Source of the DNA: Laetmonice hystrix
Taxonomy: Eukaryota
Assembly (NCBI GenBank): GCA_965235115.1
Contig: OZ249436.1
Span: forward strand, 27,716,001-27,780,000
Direction of reading: 5' to 3'
DNA: 64,000 nucleotides
Each line of letters starts with the position of its first letter. Position 1 is the first letter of the stretch. Below the pieces are notes generated by a model, which was not told the origin of the DNA, searched no databases, and saw nothing but the letters and a program-made list of their open reading frames with translations. Position numbers and translations under genes: made by a program. Shown one piece after another: positions 25,856 to 39,300 of the stretch.

Positions 25856-28800
25856 ATGGCGTCGAAAGAATCGTCAGGATTCGGTCGCGTGAATCGCTTC
25901 ATACTGCTTCTTATTATATCGGCTAACATTCATGTTCCTACAGGTGGGTAACTAGGTCTATTATATCGGCTAACATTCATGTTCCTACAGGTGGGTAACT
26001 AGGTCTATTATATCGGCTAACATTCATGTTCCTACAGGTGGGTAACTAGGTCTATTATATCGGCTAAGATTCATGTTCCTACAGGTGGGTAACTAGGTCT
26101 ATTATATCGGCTAAGATTCATGTTCCTACAGGTGGGTAACTAGGTCTATTATATCGGCTAACATTCATGTTCCTACAGGTGGGTAACTAGGTCTATTATA
26201 TCGGCTAACATTCATGTCCCTACAGGTGGGTAACTAGGTCTATTATATCGGCTAACATTCATGTTCCTACAGGTGGGTAACTAGGTCTATTATATCGGCT
26301 AAGATTCATGTTCCTACAGGTGGGTAACTAGGTCTATTATATCGGCTAAGATTCATGTTCCTACAGGTGGGTAACTAGGTCTATTATATCGGCTAAGATT
26401 CATGTTCCTACAGGTGGGTAACTAGGTCTATTATATCGGCTAACATTCATGTTCCTACAGGTGGGTAACTATAGGTCTATTATATCGGCTAACATTCATG
26501 TCCCTACAGCTGGGTAACTTGGTCTACATGGTCGTCCTTAGGGGGACGCGATAGGTGCGGTCGCAGCCCCCCGTTCAAATTCTCCCCAATTTCTCTACAT
26601 AATATTAGCAGGTAATAATGGTAAGAATACAGATGTTACCGTTTTAATAGCATAATATTGTGAGTACATCAAAAATGCATGCAGTGTGTGCATACGCCAC
26701 AACACAGTCATGCAGTGCCACGAGCTATACGGGAGTTGTTTTTCATATTCCTACGCACACGGCGATGCAAATTATGTTCTGTGCAAATTAAAGGCTGTTC
26801 TGTCAGTATTCACAATATATAGATGCTCGATTTGTACTAGTGAAAATAGATTTCGAATATTGTCAGCATTATTCTCGGGAAAATAACGGATTTTTTTTTC
26901 ACGAATTCTAGAACTACATTCGTTGTGGACTGTTACCAAAGGTGTGCTCTACACCACAACAGCGCAACCTTCAAACGATGCCCGATGGCGGCACAGTCAT
27001 CGTCTTTGTGTGCACTCCAGCAGGTTTTTGTAATTTGTCCACCATCGGGGGGAATTTGACAGTTGTCTGTACTCATAGAAGGTGTTAACAGAATCAATAT
27101 ATGAAAAACATAAAGTACGTCAGTGGTGAGTAGGTGAACATAAATCTGAAGATTCCGGTCGATTCGACGAAGTATATTTTTTATGTGAGTAAAAAAAATA
27201 TTTACTTTGTGTTCACATGCTAACTCGTGTGTAAGTGGATGCCTGGCCAAAAGTGGCAAATTTTAGGTAAGACAAACTATATACTTATATCGCTAAAGTT
27301 GTGAATGGGGATTTAGCCAATTTTTGTTTGGATGACTGGAGAATACTGAATTACGACGCCGTCCAAGCATTTCAGGGGAGAGAGAGTCATGTAGGATCCG
27401 CATTACTGCCGGGCATTAAAATGTGGCGTTTAACCACAAAATCACGCCGGGGGTGTAGCCAGGGGGGCCGAGGGGGGCCATGACCATCTCCCCATCCCAA
27501 ATTTACATACCGTATAAGTATGTATTTAGCTTGGCTGTCCCCGCCCCCTCCGCATTCCAGGTCGTATAGAGAAGTCGGCATCAGTCGGCACAGGTCGTAG
27601 GGCCATCGTGGTTAATCGTAGCGGGATCGTCGAGCTTCTATCACGACCACCCGTGAATTTTGGGGCTACAATTAGTCGGGGTAGATCGTGGTCGAGATCG
27701 TGAAGGTGTGACATGGGCTGAATGGACAAACAGGCTTTAAGCTCCAATAGAGGTTTCTGACGCCGTGCAGTATAGTACAACATGCAGAAGACGCCTATCG
27801 AATCAAGCAAATAGTCTAAGCATGACGGTCCCGTTGGGGTTGTGGGAATGTAAACAGAAGCAAGTGAATCGACTCTGCCCTGATTCAGTACAGCACACAG
27901 TGAACGATGCTAAGGCCCCCCCCCCAAAAAAAAATTCCCGGTTTCTGGTCCGAAGAAAATGTCAAAATTGGTGCGGTGACGCGTTTTTTTTGGGTGATAG
28001 CTGGCTAAGATGGTAAGCCTCATAAGAATTATCATGTAAAATGAACTCATAGATAAGGACCGTGACCTTTGCTGTCATCGCTTTGAATACAAACACATTT
28101 CCGTTTCAGTGTTAATGAAATATCCATTACAACAATGGTTAGTTTTAAGCCTTACCACTAGGTGGCAGCACAATTCCCAGTCATCCAAGGTGAGGGCAAG
28201 AAAAAAAAAACACTGATGCGCGGCATCATTCGGAACACCGAGCCCTTTACGATGTAGAGAGACTCGGATACCAATCGGAGGTCGCCATATTGGGTCAGAT
28301 GGGGTCAGCGCACTATTGTCGTAGCGTCCCATGTAAACAACGGCCAGTGTCTGGGCTGTGATGCTGTCAATAGACGGCTTTCTTCGTTAATAGTTGGCAA
28401 AAAACTGAAACCGAATTTGTCACGGATTGTAGCCTTTCTTGACAATGACATTAAGCCATGAAAACGTGGACTATTCCTTAATTTAGCATGTATGATCCGT
28501 GTGATAAGAGGATCGAATCAAGGTAGCCTGTCAAACCGTTACACGCCACCGTTGAATCGTAACACCCGTTTTTCTGTGATGGTTTGAACTTTGACTTCTT
28601 TCATATTACGCCGATTGTGACGGTTCATTTTGACGACTTGACTCTGTTGAACACCCTTGTGTTGAATCCAGTCAAATCAAGGTAAATTAATACGGCAAAT
28701 CCATACTCAAAGTGGTTCCATATTATGAGCTAGCTAGGGCGACTCGGAGCCCGCGCACCGCCGGGCCGCCCTAGCTATCCCCACCGGGAGCCACCCGTGC

Positions 28801-31800
28801 GACCCTGCAGAGCTGTCGCGAAGTTGCCGGGTCATTTTATTCGATTAATCTATGTTTGGTCAAAGTTGTTAACGTAACAACAACTTTATAATGATATCTG
28901 GTCTATATGAGTTTACTAACACCATTAATAGAGGCTCTACCCACTATATATATAAGGGACTCAATTTTTGCCGGCATCTCACTACCTGTGCCAGTCTTGT
29001 GTCATTGCGCACTGGGGCGATACTAGCCTCGATCCCGTGACCCTTTGCGCGCAGAGCTTGCACATAGGGCCACGCAGTGGCCACCATTATGGATGGGGCT
29101 GGCCGAGTGTTGCCATGCAGATCGGCGGGGGGCGCGTGATGGGCCGACCTCTGACCATGGCAACTAGGCCAAGTTTTTTCCACTTTTGAGGGTAGAAGCT
29201 CAGAAGATCCTATATATTTACATCTATTAACGCGTTATTATATTTAGAAATAATGACTTTAGATTTTAGGCCTAGTTTAGTCGTTAGGCTAGAGGACGCG
29301 CATGCGCAAACCACCAGTCGCGCTTGCTGCCACCTAGCGACTAAAGAGAGTACTACTTGCTGTCTGTCAGCCCCTTGTGATAACGGGGCGGGTGTTCGGC
29401 CTAGGGCGATACATGGAATCCATGTATATCAATGCGTCGAGGGGTGTCCGAGCACAACTACAGCGAAGCGACCGGAAGTTGGGCCGAGGTTTTCCGAATG
29501 GCGCGGCATCTGAAGTGACGCGCGCGCGGACCAGAAACCGGGAATTTTTTTTTGACCTAAGATTCCGCCTGACCAATAGTAGGCCTACACTTCAGCTGCA
29601 CTGGTCAGAGATGACTTTGTACTCATTTTTGCTATGCCAAGGGTTGGCTGACCTCGAAATATGTATACGTGGGAAATCTTGCTTAAAGATAAACAAAAAT
29701 GCGAAGCATGTATAGTTTAGAGTGGCGTTCCACCTTGGCAGTTTAACACGGCAGTGGACCTTCCCTGAGACGTCTACGGTTATACCACACCAATGACACC
29801 CTCATCAAACCTGAACAACATCAGTGGGCTTTTTCGGACTCTTATTGTCTATGTCAGCATCACACCTGCGATGGGTAAGTATAAGTGTGAGGGTATCTAG
29901 GATAGCAGGGGGGAGACCCTTTATAACTAGGCCTACCATAGAACTGTGTGTGAGGTTTGATCGCGGAATCTTCAATGTCAATCGCTTTTAGAAACATTTT
30001 CTTCCAGTTTTTTCTCTTCCGCTTAGCCGACTCTTCAGGAAGTCTAGCCAAGGTATACATTGGAAACTCTCTCTAATTTTAAATTTGCACTATTTCCCTT
30101 CTTCCATTCTTTTCCTCCATGTCCTTTTGTTCTTCTTGGATCTGATTCGAATTTAGGAATCTTTAACCACGGTTCACGTGATATTTTCACACTCATGTTC
30201 AAGTGGCAACTGCTCGGAGTCTGCCAGCCGAAAGTGCCCTCTACCGCCATCTGGTGGACGGATACGACACTCGTGTCAGACCGGTGGAGAGGATGAACGA
30301 CACTTTGGTCGTCAAGGTTTCTCTCTCTGTCATGCACCTTATCAAACTGGTGAGTGCACTACTGAAGAAACTTTCTACATGCTTTCAGTTTCATACTATA
30401 TGTAGGGCCTATGCGGTGGGGAGTGTAAGTTTTTCAGGGGAAAACTCGAAAGGTCAGAATTGATCATTACTGTTCAATGGTGACCATCGACACCGGGTTC
30501 TATATTTTTAATTCTGGAATATAGGTCGCATGTTATGTAAATAGGGCCTCAGTTTGCTCTTCCGCATCGCATCTGCTTGGTTATGCCCACGGAATGGTGA
30601 TGTCTATATGTCGACGTTAAACAGATTATTTTTAAAGCCTAACATGCATTATTAAAACCACAAAGTCAACACAGGACGCACTACTTTCGGGCACACAGCG
30701 ATCGCAGTGCCATGCAGCGTTTTTGGTCGTAAAGGAGTGTGACAATAAACAATAAACAATTTAAGAATATCAAAAAAAAAAATAAAATCGGCGGTCAAAG
30801 CGTTGCATAAATAACCCCATATGGCTTAAAATAGTTTCCATTTTAATTTTCGAGTAAATGGTGGACAAAATCTAATCAAGTTAACATTGAATTCAATAGA
30901 GAATATCAGTAGGCCTATCGTGCTCAGCCACCAGATGTCATGACTGTTCCCACGCCTGTTTAACTTTTAAGCACGTATAAGTGGCTCCCACTATGTGTTC
31001 AGCACTTTGCTCCCCGGTTCCTTTTTTAAAGAACCGTCAACCAGGCCAGGGTTTCCGCCAGAAAAAAAATTAAGGTACGGACCAGAGGAGGGGTTAGGGT
31101 TAGGGTTAGCCTAACCCTAACCCTAACTGCTGTTACAGATATGTGAATTAATCAAATAAAGACTGCATATACTGTACAACATTATCTTTGATTCCTTCAA
31201 GTTCCTCAAGGCATCATCACTGACATCAGGAGGTTTTTATCACTTCATGGAAAAATGGTTACCCAACGATTTTTTGGGTACGGATCCGTACCCTGGGAAA
31301 ATTTTAGGGTACGGAATTTTACCCATTTTACCCTCTGGCGGAAACCCTGCAGGCGGATGTAAATGACGACAGCATCTGACATCGTAATGTATCAATAGGT
31401 TTATTCTGAACATTATTATCGTGTCAATAAGCTACCTGAGCGTACTGAAACAAGTCTGACGCCAAGAACCGTTTGTATCATTTTGAATGTTTGAGTGCGC
31501 CATGAAGTACACTCAACTATGTCATCATGTACTTACCACGTTCATTGCCATTCTATATGAGAAAGACAATGGCGGAAGGCAAGGGAATGTGACAGGTGAG
31601 TGTTTTGTAACAGAATAAGACAAAATGGGAAGGGTTGATCGGTATTTTTTTGGGACCTACTTTAGTGTCCTTATTTATGAAGTCAAAACTCGGAGGGCGT
31701 GGATGTTGTTATAGGTTACACAGTATTCATTGTGTTGTTTTAGGTTACACAGTCATTATTCATTGTGTTGTTACAGGTTACATTATGTATAACTTTGTGT

Positions 31801-34259
31801 CTGCTTTCAGGACGAGACTAAGGAGACGATGACGTTAATGGCGTGGCTTCCGCTGGTTGGTGAAATATGACAATATTATGTAAACCTGTAAAGTTATGTA
31901 AAAGGGTTCCTTCCGTCTATGATGGATAAGATGTCTCGGGGGAAATTGACACTTTGCAATTCTGTGGCAGATTGTATGTCAGGTTTTTTTTATACTTGTG
32001 ATACGGAACAGATCGGATTCGGTCATGTAAAAAAATGCGAGCGGAGCGTCCTTAGGGGCGACCATTAGATATTGGGGGGGGGGGGGGGGGGGGGCTGAGT
32101 GTTTTTAGAAATAAATAATTTCGGGTGGAAAATTGGTGAAATAAATAAATTCTCCCTGGCCATGCCCGAAATAAATAATGTGGAATCTGGAAATAAATAA
32201 TGAGTCTCGTGAAATAAATACAATTTTGCCATGAGGGTTGGGAAAAGAATTGACGCAGTCCACTCTGTGAAATAAAAAAATATACATGTATTCTCAAGAA
32301 CCCCCCCTAAATATCTAATGGTCGCTCCCTTACAAGTAAACAGGAATTTACTCAGCAGCAGATTAGTATGGACATTGGGAAAGGCGTTATAGTTACATCT
32401 AGTGTTACTCGTCATTATTTCAGCTTTGGAACAATCCGTTCATGAGATGGAATGAAAGTGAGTTTGGTGGAAAAAATGAAATATTTATAAAGGTCGATGA
32501 GATATGGAAACCACCAATACATCTATTAAACATGTAAGGATGTCTCAGATTACCGAGTTAAATTACTTTCTTAAATGGATACATTATAATTAAATTATGT
32601 AAAAATAATAATTTTACGTAATGCACACACATCAATCCATATGTTGAAGGATAAAAACACCATTTTAACAGTTCTCTTGTTAGGGGCCGAGTTTTGAACT
32701 CTAATTGGCATCTGGAAGTCGAATGATTTCTTTCAGTCATTTTCGGAGTCAGAACATTTCATCAGATCAACAACAGAAAAATTGGAGGTGCATGGAATGG
32801 AATATTCCACCCCCTCATGAAAGTTAAATGATCAGCCACTTAATGTATTATAATTATTATCATTAACTAGCATCGATGTGGAGGCGCCCGATGCCGAACT
32901 CTATGGAGACAGGCGATGTGGAACTGTACAGAGCAATGGAGACACCATGACAACACCAGTTTACAAACTCGTCACCTCCTGTCCCTTGAACCTCTACAAA
33001 TTCCCATTTGACGTCCAGGAGTGCCGAATTACCTTTCTGTCCTGGACATTTGGTGTCGATGAAATGAAGTTTGAGAAACTTGTAGATCCGTGGCTGGCTG
33101 CTGGATATGTCCCCGGGAAATGGTCCATCACCAAAATACAGCTTGCCAATATCAGGGTTCTGCCGGCGCAGTACCCTCCGGCCAATTACAGCATGGTGAC
33201 ATTTACTGTTACTCTAAGGAGAAACCCAATGATTGGCATGCTATCCTTGTTATTGCCGATATTTCTATTGAATATGGTTGTCATCTCGGTTTTCTTTGTC
33301 TCCGCTGAGGCTGGGGACAGACTCACACTTGCTGTAACAGCGTTTCTGTCGTTCGCCATCTTTATTCTGGTATTGGTAGAAATACTTCCAACGTCAGGCC
33401 AGGAGCTACCAGCGTCGGGTAGGTAGCAATATGATGTTTCATTGTTTGATTGCTTGCTTCATTTACACCCAATTCTGGTTTGCCCAATTTTTTTTGGGTG
33501 CGCTTGTTGTCCACAGCCCCCACACAATTTGCAGCGCCTACGACGTTGGTTATTTCCAACACCACCCTGGGTCCAGTGATATAAGATAGCATTGTTATGC
33601 CCTTCCCGAATCGGGAAATAAGTCTCAATCATGGGCAAAGGGGGGGGGGGGGGGAGTTGCCCTCCGGGATCGTCTACCACCCCCGCGTTTCTTTTGCCTT
33701 CTTAAGTTCACATATTATTTTTGTCAACCCCCCCCCCCCCCCAGTATTTCCTGCGGACGCCCATGGTCGCAATCAAAGATCTCTGACTCGCCCAGAGAAA
33801 TCGCTTGATGAGTTTAAAATGTAACATATTTCGGGGATAATCTGGCGGGAGCCTTTGTCGTTGCCCTAAATAAACAGAAATTTCTGTCCTTCCATTGTCT
33901 TGCTAACAGGCAGAACGTTCATTGCCAGTCTACTTCTGTCGTTTGTGAGTATCCTGTGGGCCGTGGTTACCCATTATGTACTCAACCATCACGGCGACCA
34001 GACGGTTCCACAGTGGATGAGCCGAGGGAAGATATTCAAAGGTGGCAGGGAGCAGACGAAGAAAACCATAGAATTTCAACTGGCAAACAAGGAACCAAAA
34101 CCTCCGGGACATAGGGCCCAAAACTCGGAACATGACCAAAGTGAATACGTCGTGTTGACGTGGAAAGACGTCATGTTCATGGCGGACAAAGGAATGTTTG
34201 TTTTATATGTTATCAGCAACGTCATACTGATCATATACATAAGTATAGCATTTATGTAA
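25856..34259 (+). CDS. Cys-loop ligand-gated ion channel subunit (nAChR/5-HT3-like, non-alpha type), ~428 aa, 6 exons
   Basis: Exons 25856-25943, 30204-30349, 31811-31855, 32424-32533, 32871-33418, 33910-34259 join in frame (1287 nt). Motifs YDTRVRPV, WNESEFGG, IWKPPIHLLN, Cys-loop CPLNLYKFPFDVQEC, loop B SWT, four hydrophobic helices, pre-M2 AGDR, pre-M4 WKDVMFMADK. The 45- and 110-nt exons are typical of nAChR genes. Exon 1 is assigned from hydrophobic segment and phase only. Confidence 0.9.
25911..26524 (+). repeat. 47-bp minisatellite (13 copies) spanning the exon-1/intron-1 boundary of the ion-channel gene
   Basis: Unit tattatatcggctaacattcatgttcctacaggtgggtaactaggtc; CAG|GTGGGT every 47 bp from 25941 to 26458; last copy has CAG|CT. 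Confidence 0.95.
27911..29558. mobile_element. Putative TIR element in intron 1 of the ion-channel gene
   Basis: Inverted pair aaaaaaaattcccggtttctggtccg (~27927-27952) / cggaccagaaaccgggaatttttttt (~29527-29553); superfamily and exact ends uncertain. Confidence 0.45.
31047..31349. mobile_element. hAT5-like MITE carrying inverted telomeric repeats
   Basis: TIRs CAGGGTTTCCGCCAGA / TCTGGCGGAAACCCTG; 5-bp TSD CAGGC; internal GGGTTAGGGTTAGGGTTAG-CCTAACCCTAACCCTAAC. Confidence 0.75.
32055..32329. mobile_element. MITE with TTA target duplication (Harbinger/Zator-like)
   Basis: TIRs GGGGCGACCATTAGATATT / AATATCTAATGGTCGCTCCC; TTA flanks; internal GAAATAAATAAT repeats. Confidence 0.7.
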
Positions 34260-36347
34260 ACCCTGGCTTAGGCCTCAATGTATGGCTGTAATAGTAAAGA
34301 TAGGGCCTACTTTAAAGACAGAAACATGTATAAGCCTAAGGACGAATTTCTCGAAACTATCCGCCAAAATATTGCACCCTATAGGCCTAGATAATTATGT
34401 AGAGGTAGGACAGGCCTACATTGTGCTGCCACGCTAAAGCATCTAAACGTCGTGTCCTGCATGGTCCTAAATGATAAATGTTCCGTTGCTGACGTAATAT
34501 CTTTACTTACTGTAAGCTAGATGGTCACCCATATTGAGTCTTCCCCGGTTTCCCCAAGCAATAAAACTTCGCCTTGGAATGAACCCAGCTGTTGAAATGA
34601 TTACAGATTTCCATGGTGACAGGAAATTGTCTCCCCCTTCCCCGGCCAAAGAAGCAACAAGTCAAGAAGTGTATCCTCATAATGCTTCATCTTTCTTTAC
34701 TATACATACACACGCACAAATATACAAGTTTCGACGAAAAATATGTTCCTCTTATATACACAACTTCTAACGCCGGATTCGGGCAACAAGGAAAACAGCT
34801 AGGATGTGAGATAGTTCAGACAACATCGGTGCCCCGTAATGGGATAGAGTATGACAGGAAACGGCTTGGTATTAAATACAGATATGACGGGAAACCACAT
34901 GCTAGAAGTAAATGGGCACTACTACACACGACTCGTTCTATATTGCACGTCGTCCCAACCTTTAGATGGCGTAAGTTGTCAGAGAATACAAACACCTGAT
35001 ATGTCACCGTCTCCCGAACTCCCCAACCCTCCTTGCAAAGTCGACATTACATTCCTCCAGGGGGCGCTTCGCGTCACTGAGGCGGGCGTGTAAGATTGTG
35101 CACATGGATTGTGTGGGCAAAGTTTGCATTTCACGACAACTCAACGCCGAGGCTACGGGCTGGCGTGCTTCGGTATGTTGAGATCTTCAGAAAACTCTGT
35201 ATTCAAAAAATCTGATTCTGACATTTAAGCTAGGAGTAAGTCTTGGAGCACCGACACACATTGTTTATCGTATAAGGAGCATCTGCGTCAATACAAACAT
35301 TTGGACTCTGCTCGGGTAAGTAGATACAAGATAGGTCCGAAAGCCTACGGGCTGCAGCGCCACCAACATTCTGAGAAAAGTGCCAAAAATTGGATAAACG
35401 ACTATAATACCGAGTTTTCAAATAATTGTGTGACCTATGCTTACCTATATAGTGCTGAGAGGTGTTAAACACTGTTCTATCACTATACTGTAAATCGTAT
35501 AAAGTGTCATCAAGTAAAGTGGAGAATGTTTTCTAAACTTCCATGGAGGTGTTCGACAGCCGTACAGTACAACAATAGACGTCCATCTTAGCAATCAAAT
35601 GTTTGCCCTTAAAAATATTCTACTTCACAGCACCACCAGCGGTTTACCTTGGCGCAATATATTTGTCCTTTAAAAAAGTTTATACCCGCATATAGGCCCG
35701 AATGATATGAAAACAACAATCTAGCTGTAGATTATTGACAAGAAAGCTGTACCTGAATTAAAAGGGCATGTATAGTTCGTATTCCTTCTACCTTACACGA
35801 GGTGTATCGAGTCTTTTACACCGTCACCATTACGGCAATTCCAAGCAAAAAGTAACTGATTTCGCTCTTTGCTTCAAATCTTACTTCTTCGGTCCAGAGT
35901 CATAATTATTAAAACTTTATTTAAAAAAACGGTTTCACCATCACAGTCATTCCTTGCATCTTCTCTACTAAACTATTTACAGAAGAAAGTAGGTGAGTTT
36001 ATGGGGATTTCGCATAATATACATCAACTCTTCCCGCTATGTGCTGATTCTATCATTATCATTATCCATGAGCCACATATTTTGAAATTATTATCTCGAC
36101 CTATACAAAAAAAAGGAATGGTACGTAAAAATTGTAGACTTCTTTTTTTGGATATCTGTTCCTTACAATATGTATACGTGATTTCTTTTTATCGTGTGGG
36201 TACATCAGTACATCAGCCGAATCGTATCTGCAACCTGGTGCAATCCTACCTCGAATCACCACCTCCTATAACATTATCACCCGACCATTGACTCTGACAA
36301 CAACATCATCATCATTATCATCCCACAATATCATGACCATCATCATC

Positions 36348-39300
36348 TCATTGCTCCACGTCCTCCAGCTGGTCGTCGCCCTCCGTCTCCTCAGGTTTGG
36401 TGAACTTCCACAGCCGAGACCTGTCGTCGTCATCGTGGACCTCGCCCACGTAGACGGCCTCGCCGTCTGGAGACACGGCCAGCGCGTGAGGTTCGTCAAA
36501 ACCCTGCAAGTCACCAACATCGTCAGTTCAACAAGAGTTCGCCAGGGGGCGCGCACACTTCTGAAGTCATACTCGGGAGGGCAAGGGCAATTTTCGGACT
36601 GGGTATTAGGACATTTCTCTATCATATATATAAATGTCCATACATAATTATGAGCAATGAATAGGGCATTCCGGGTGTTAAAGATGTGGACTTTCGCCTT
36701 ATTATTAGAATGGGCCGAGAGCGCATGAGTTGAGGGTTACTTTTACATAATTCCAAAGATTTAAAGAATATAATTAAACTTTCCTATCTAAACCCATAAG
36801 GATACCAGAAAGAGGAGAATGTTCTTGTAGGCGTTCACTTGATTATTCGTGCACGAACTAAGATTGTCTCTGTGGAATATATCTGTCTATTTGGGGACCA
36901 ACGAGCAGTATGTCCTCCTTTTTGATACCGTATACCTATCTATTTGAGCTGAGAATTTGAGCTAAGAATGAGACCTACCCATAAGAATTAATATTGTTAG
37001 GAGTCCATGAGCTAAGAATGGCCTCCCTTTTATTGCCTACCTGTTTGTTGGGGGCCCATGAACTGAGGATATCCTCCTTGTACCGACCGTCCTCCTTCAA
37101 GTCAATGGTGAACCCGGTGCCTGCACCGAAGTCATCGTCATGCCAGCCGACAGCGTACAAGAATCCATCTAAAAGTGGAACAAAAAGTCATCTTCTAGAT
37201 CCCTGCCAAAAATTAGTGCATCACTGTGTACATAATACATGTAGGCCTACCTATCGCTATGATCGGTGAACGGGGAAAGCGGGTTCCTCAAATATACACA
37301 TACCTTTAGGACTGTAGTCAATGGCGTACACCCGGCCAAGCTCAACGTCCGTGTATTCACGTTCAGGAGTTCCAAATTCGCGGTTGTCTTTCAAACCAGC
37401 ATTGAAGCACAGGATCCTTGACATAAAGAAAAGGTCCTCCATCAATTAAAAATAATTACGCAAATGATTGGAATTTTTGAGGAACTTTGTGTATGGAAAT
37501 ATCCTGAACCGGGGAAGTATATAAAAGTCAAGCAAATGTTAGCAGACAAGTTAGCAGTATTACTGTACAGCTTTGAACTGCGTCGTACCTCATATTTTCT
37601 CTATCAGCAACACACAATAGGTCAAGGTCCTCAGCCAGAGCGAGGCTATGTGGAATGTTGAACTCGTCATCTCCGAACTTCCCTAGCAGGGTGCCGTTGG
37701 TGTCAAACTTTAATATGCGACTGCGACAATATCTAGAGAAATTGAAAAGGTATTATTATTACATTATATCCATCTTTCTTTATCATGATTACATGTCAAT
37801 AAGAAAGCTTTTTAAATGTATTCATCAAATATTATTTGCATGTATCGCATTTTTTGTTTCAAAATTCCAAGTACGAAGAAGTACACTTTATTTGGCAGAA
37901 ATCTAAGTATATGATTATGCCCGTCAAGGGAGATCGCACTGTAAAGGTTGGTAGGGATATAGTAAAGGTTTGTAGGGATATAGTAAAGGTTGGTAGGGAT
38001 ATAGTAAAGGTTTGTAGGGATATAGTAAAGGTTGGTAGGGATATAGTAAAGGTTGATAAAGATAATTATTATTGACTACGATTTAACATTTACCCATCAG
38101 CCACGAAGACGTGTCCGTTTGAGGCGGTCACTACGTCCGCTGGCATACAGAAACGTTCTTTGTCGTCATTGCTCGTTGCTGGTTCAAACGGTTTACCCAG
38201 GGTGAGCTCAGGAGTGTCAAGTTTGTCTGGTGAGAATTTAAATACCTGGAAAGTACGTAATCAAATGATAGAGCATTATATTGTACACCATTCCCCGGCT
38301 CCTGTGTTTATAAACTCCTCTATCTACGCTAGATTTGTAACCAAGTCGCTGCGCATTGGAGGTTTTCTTTTCCTATAATGAATATGTTCTAAACAAGGTT
38401 CAATTTTATCTCCTCTACCATTTCTGCTCTAATCAGTCTTCATGATTATATTTATATTACATCCTAAAGTGTTACTGCTACGGCTAATTCCACAAATTTC
38501 GCGTGGGATGTGGATGGAGCACCAACCTGGTGCATGGCGACATCCGTCACCCAATAGTTGCCCTTGGAATCAATTGTGATACCGTGTGGAAGGTAGAATC
38601 TGCAATTGCCAAATACATAGAGATGTTTTAAAAGGCACGAAGAGCAACCGCTCTTCCCTACTCAAACGGGTGCTTACTCGAAGAGTAGAAATGTGATGCT
38701 TAGTAATCAACTACTTACCACTACCATCATTGCAATTTCTTTTTTAATTAAAACGCTTCAATGTTGGATATGATAATTAATTTCTGCCATTCTACAACGT
38801 TCGAATGTGCCTGATATCTAGGCGTACCGCCCAAGCACCGCTATCTATGCCCATTCCTACATTCTTACACTCAATGGGACAATTACAAGAACGCTATACC
38901 CTCACAATACACCTGCAGAGATGGCATGTTCAATATACTTACTGGTTCGCTCCCCAGGAGCTGACCTCGGCGCCACTTTCAGGATCGATAATTTTTACCG
39001 TGGGTTTGGAGATGGCCCCCGCATCCTTGTGCTTGTAGGTATGATCAGGGTTGAATCTACAACGCAAACGGTGATCCTATAATTACAGAGTTGATCTTTT
39101 CTTTCAAATATTCGTTTCCTTAGCCCTGTCATGCACCATATTTATGGCCCAGAAAAGGCGTTTGTCAGCCAAACTTTCGTTCGTTTATTCCTTCACGTTC
39201 TTTCACCCCTCCATTCCTGCCTTGACGATAACTTAGGGGGAACAATAGCTTTAGCTACCATGTATTTCCCTAAGTGAACATATCCCGAAACTCTATCCTG

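Noticed and set aside
31092..31127. Chromosome fusion site
   Set aside because: Only three units per arm and located inside a TSD-flanked MITE.
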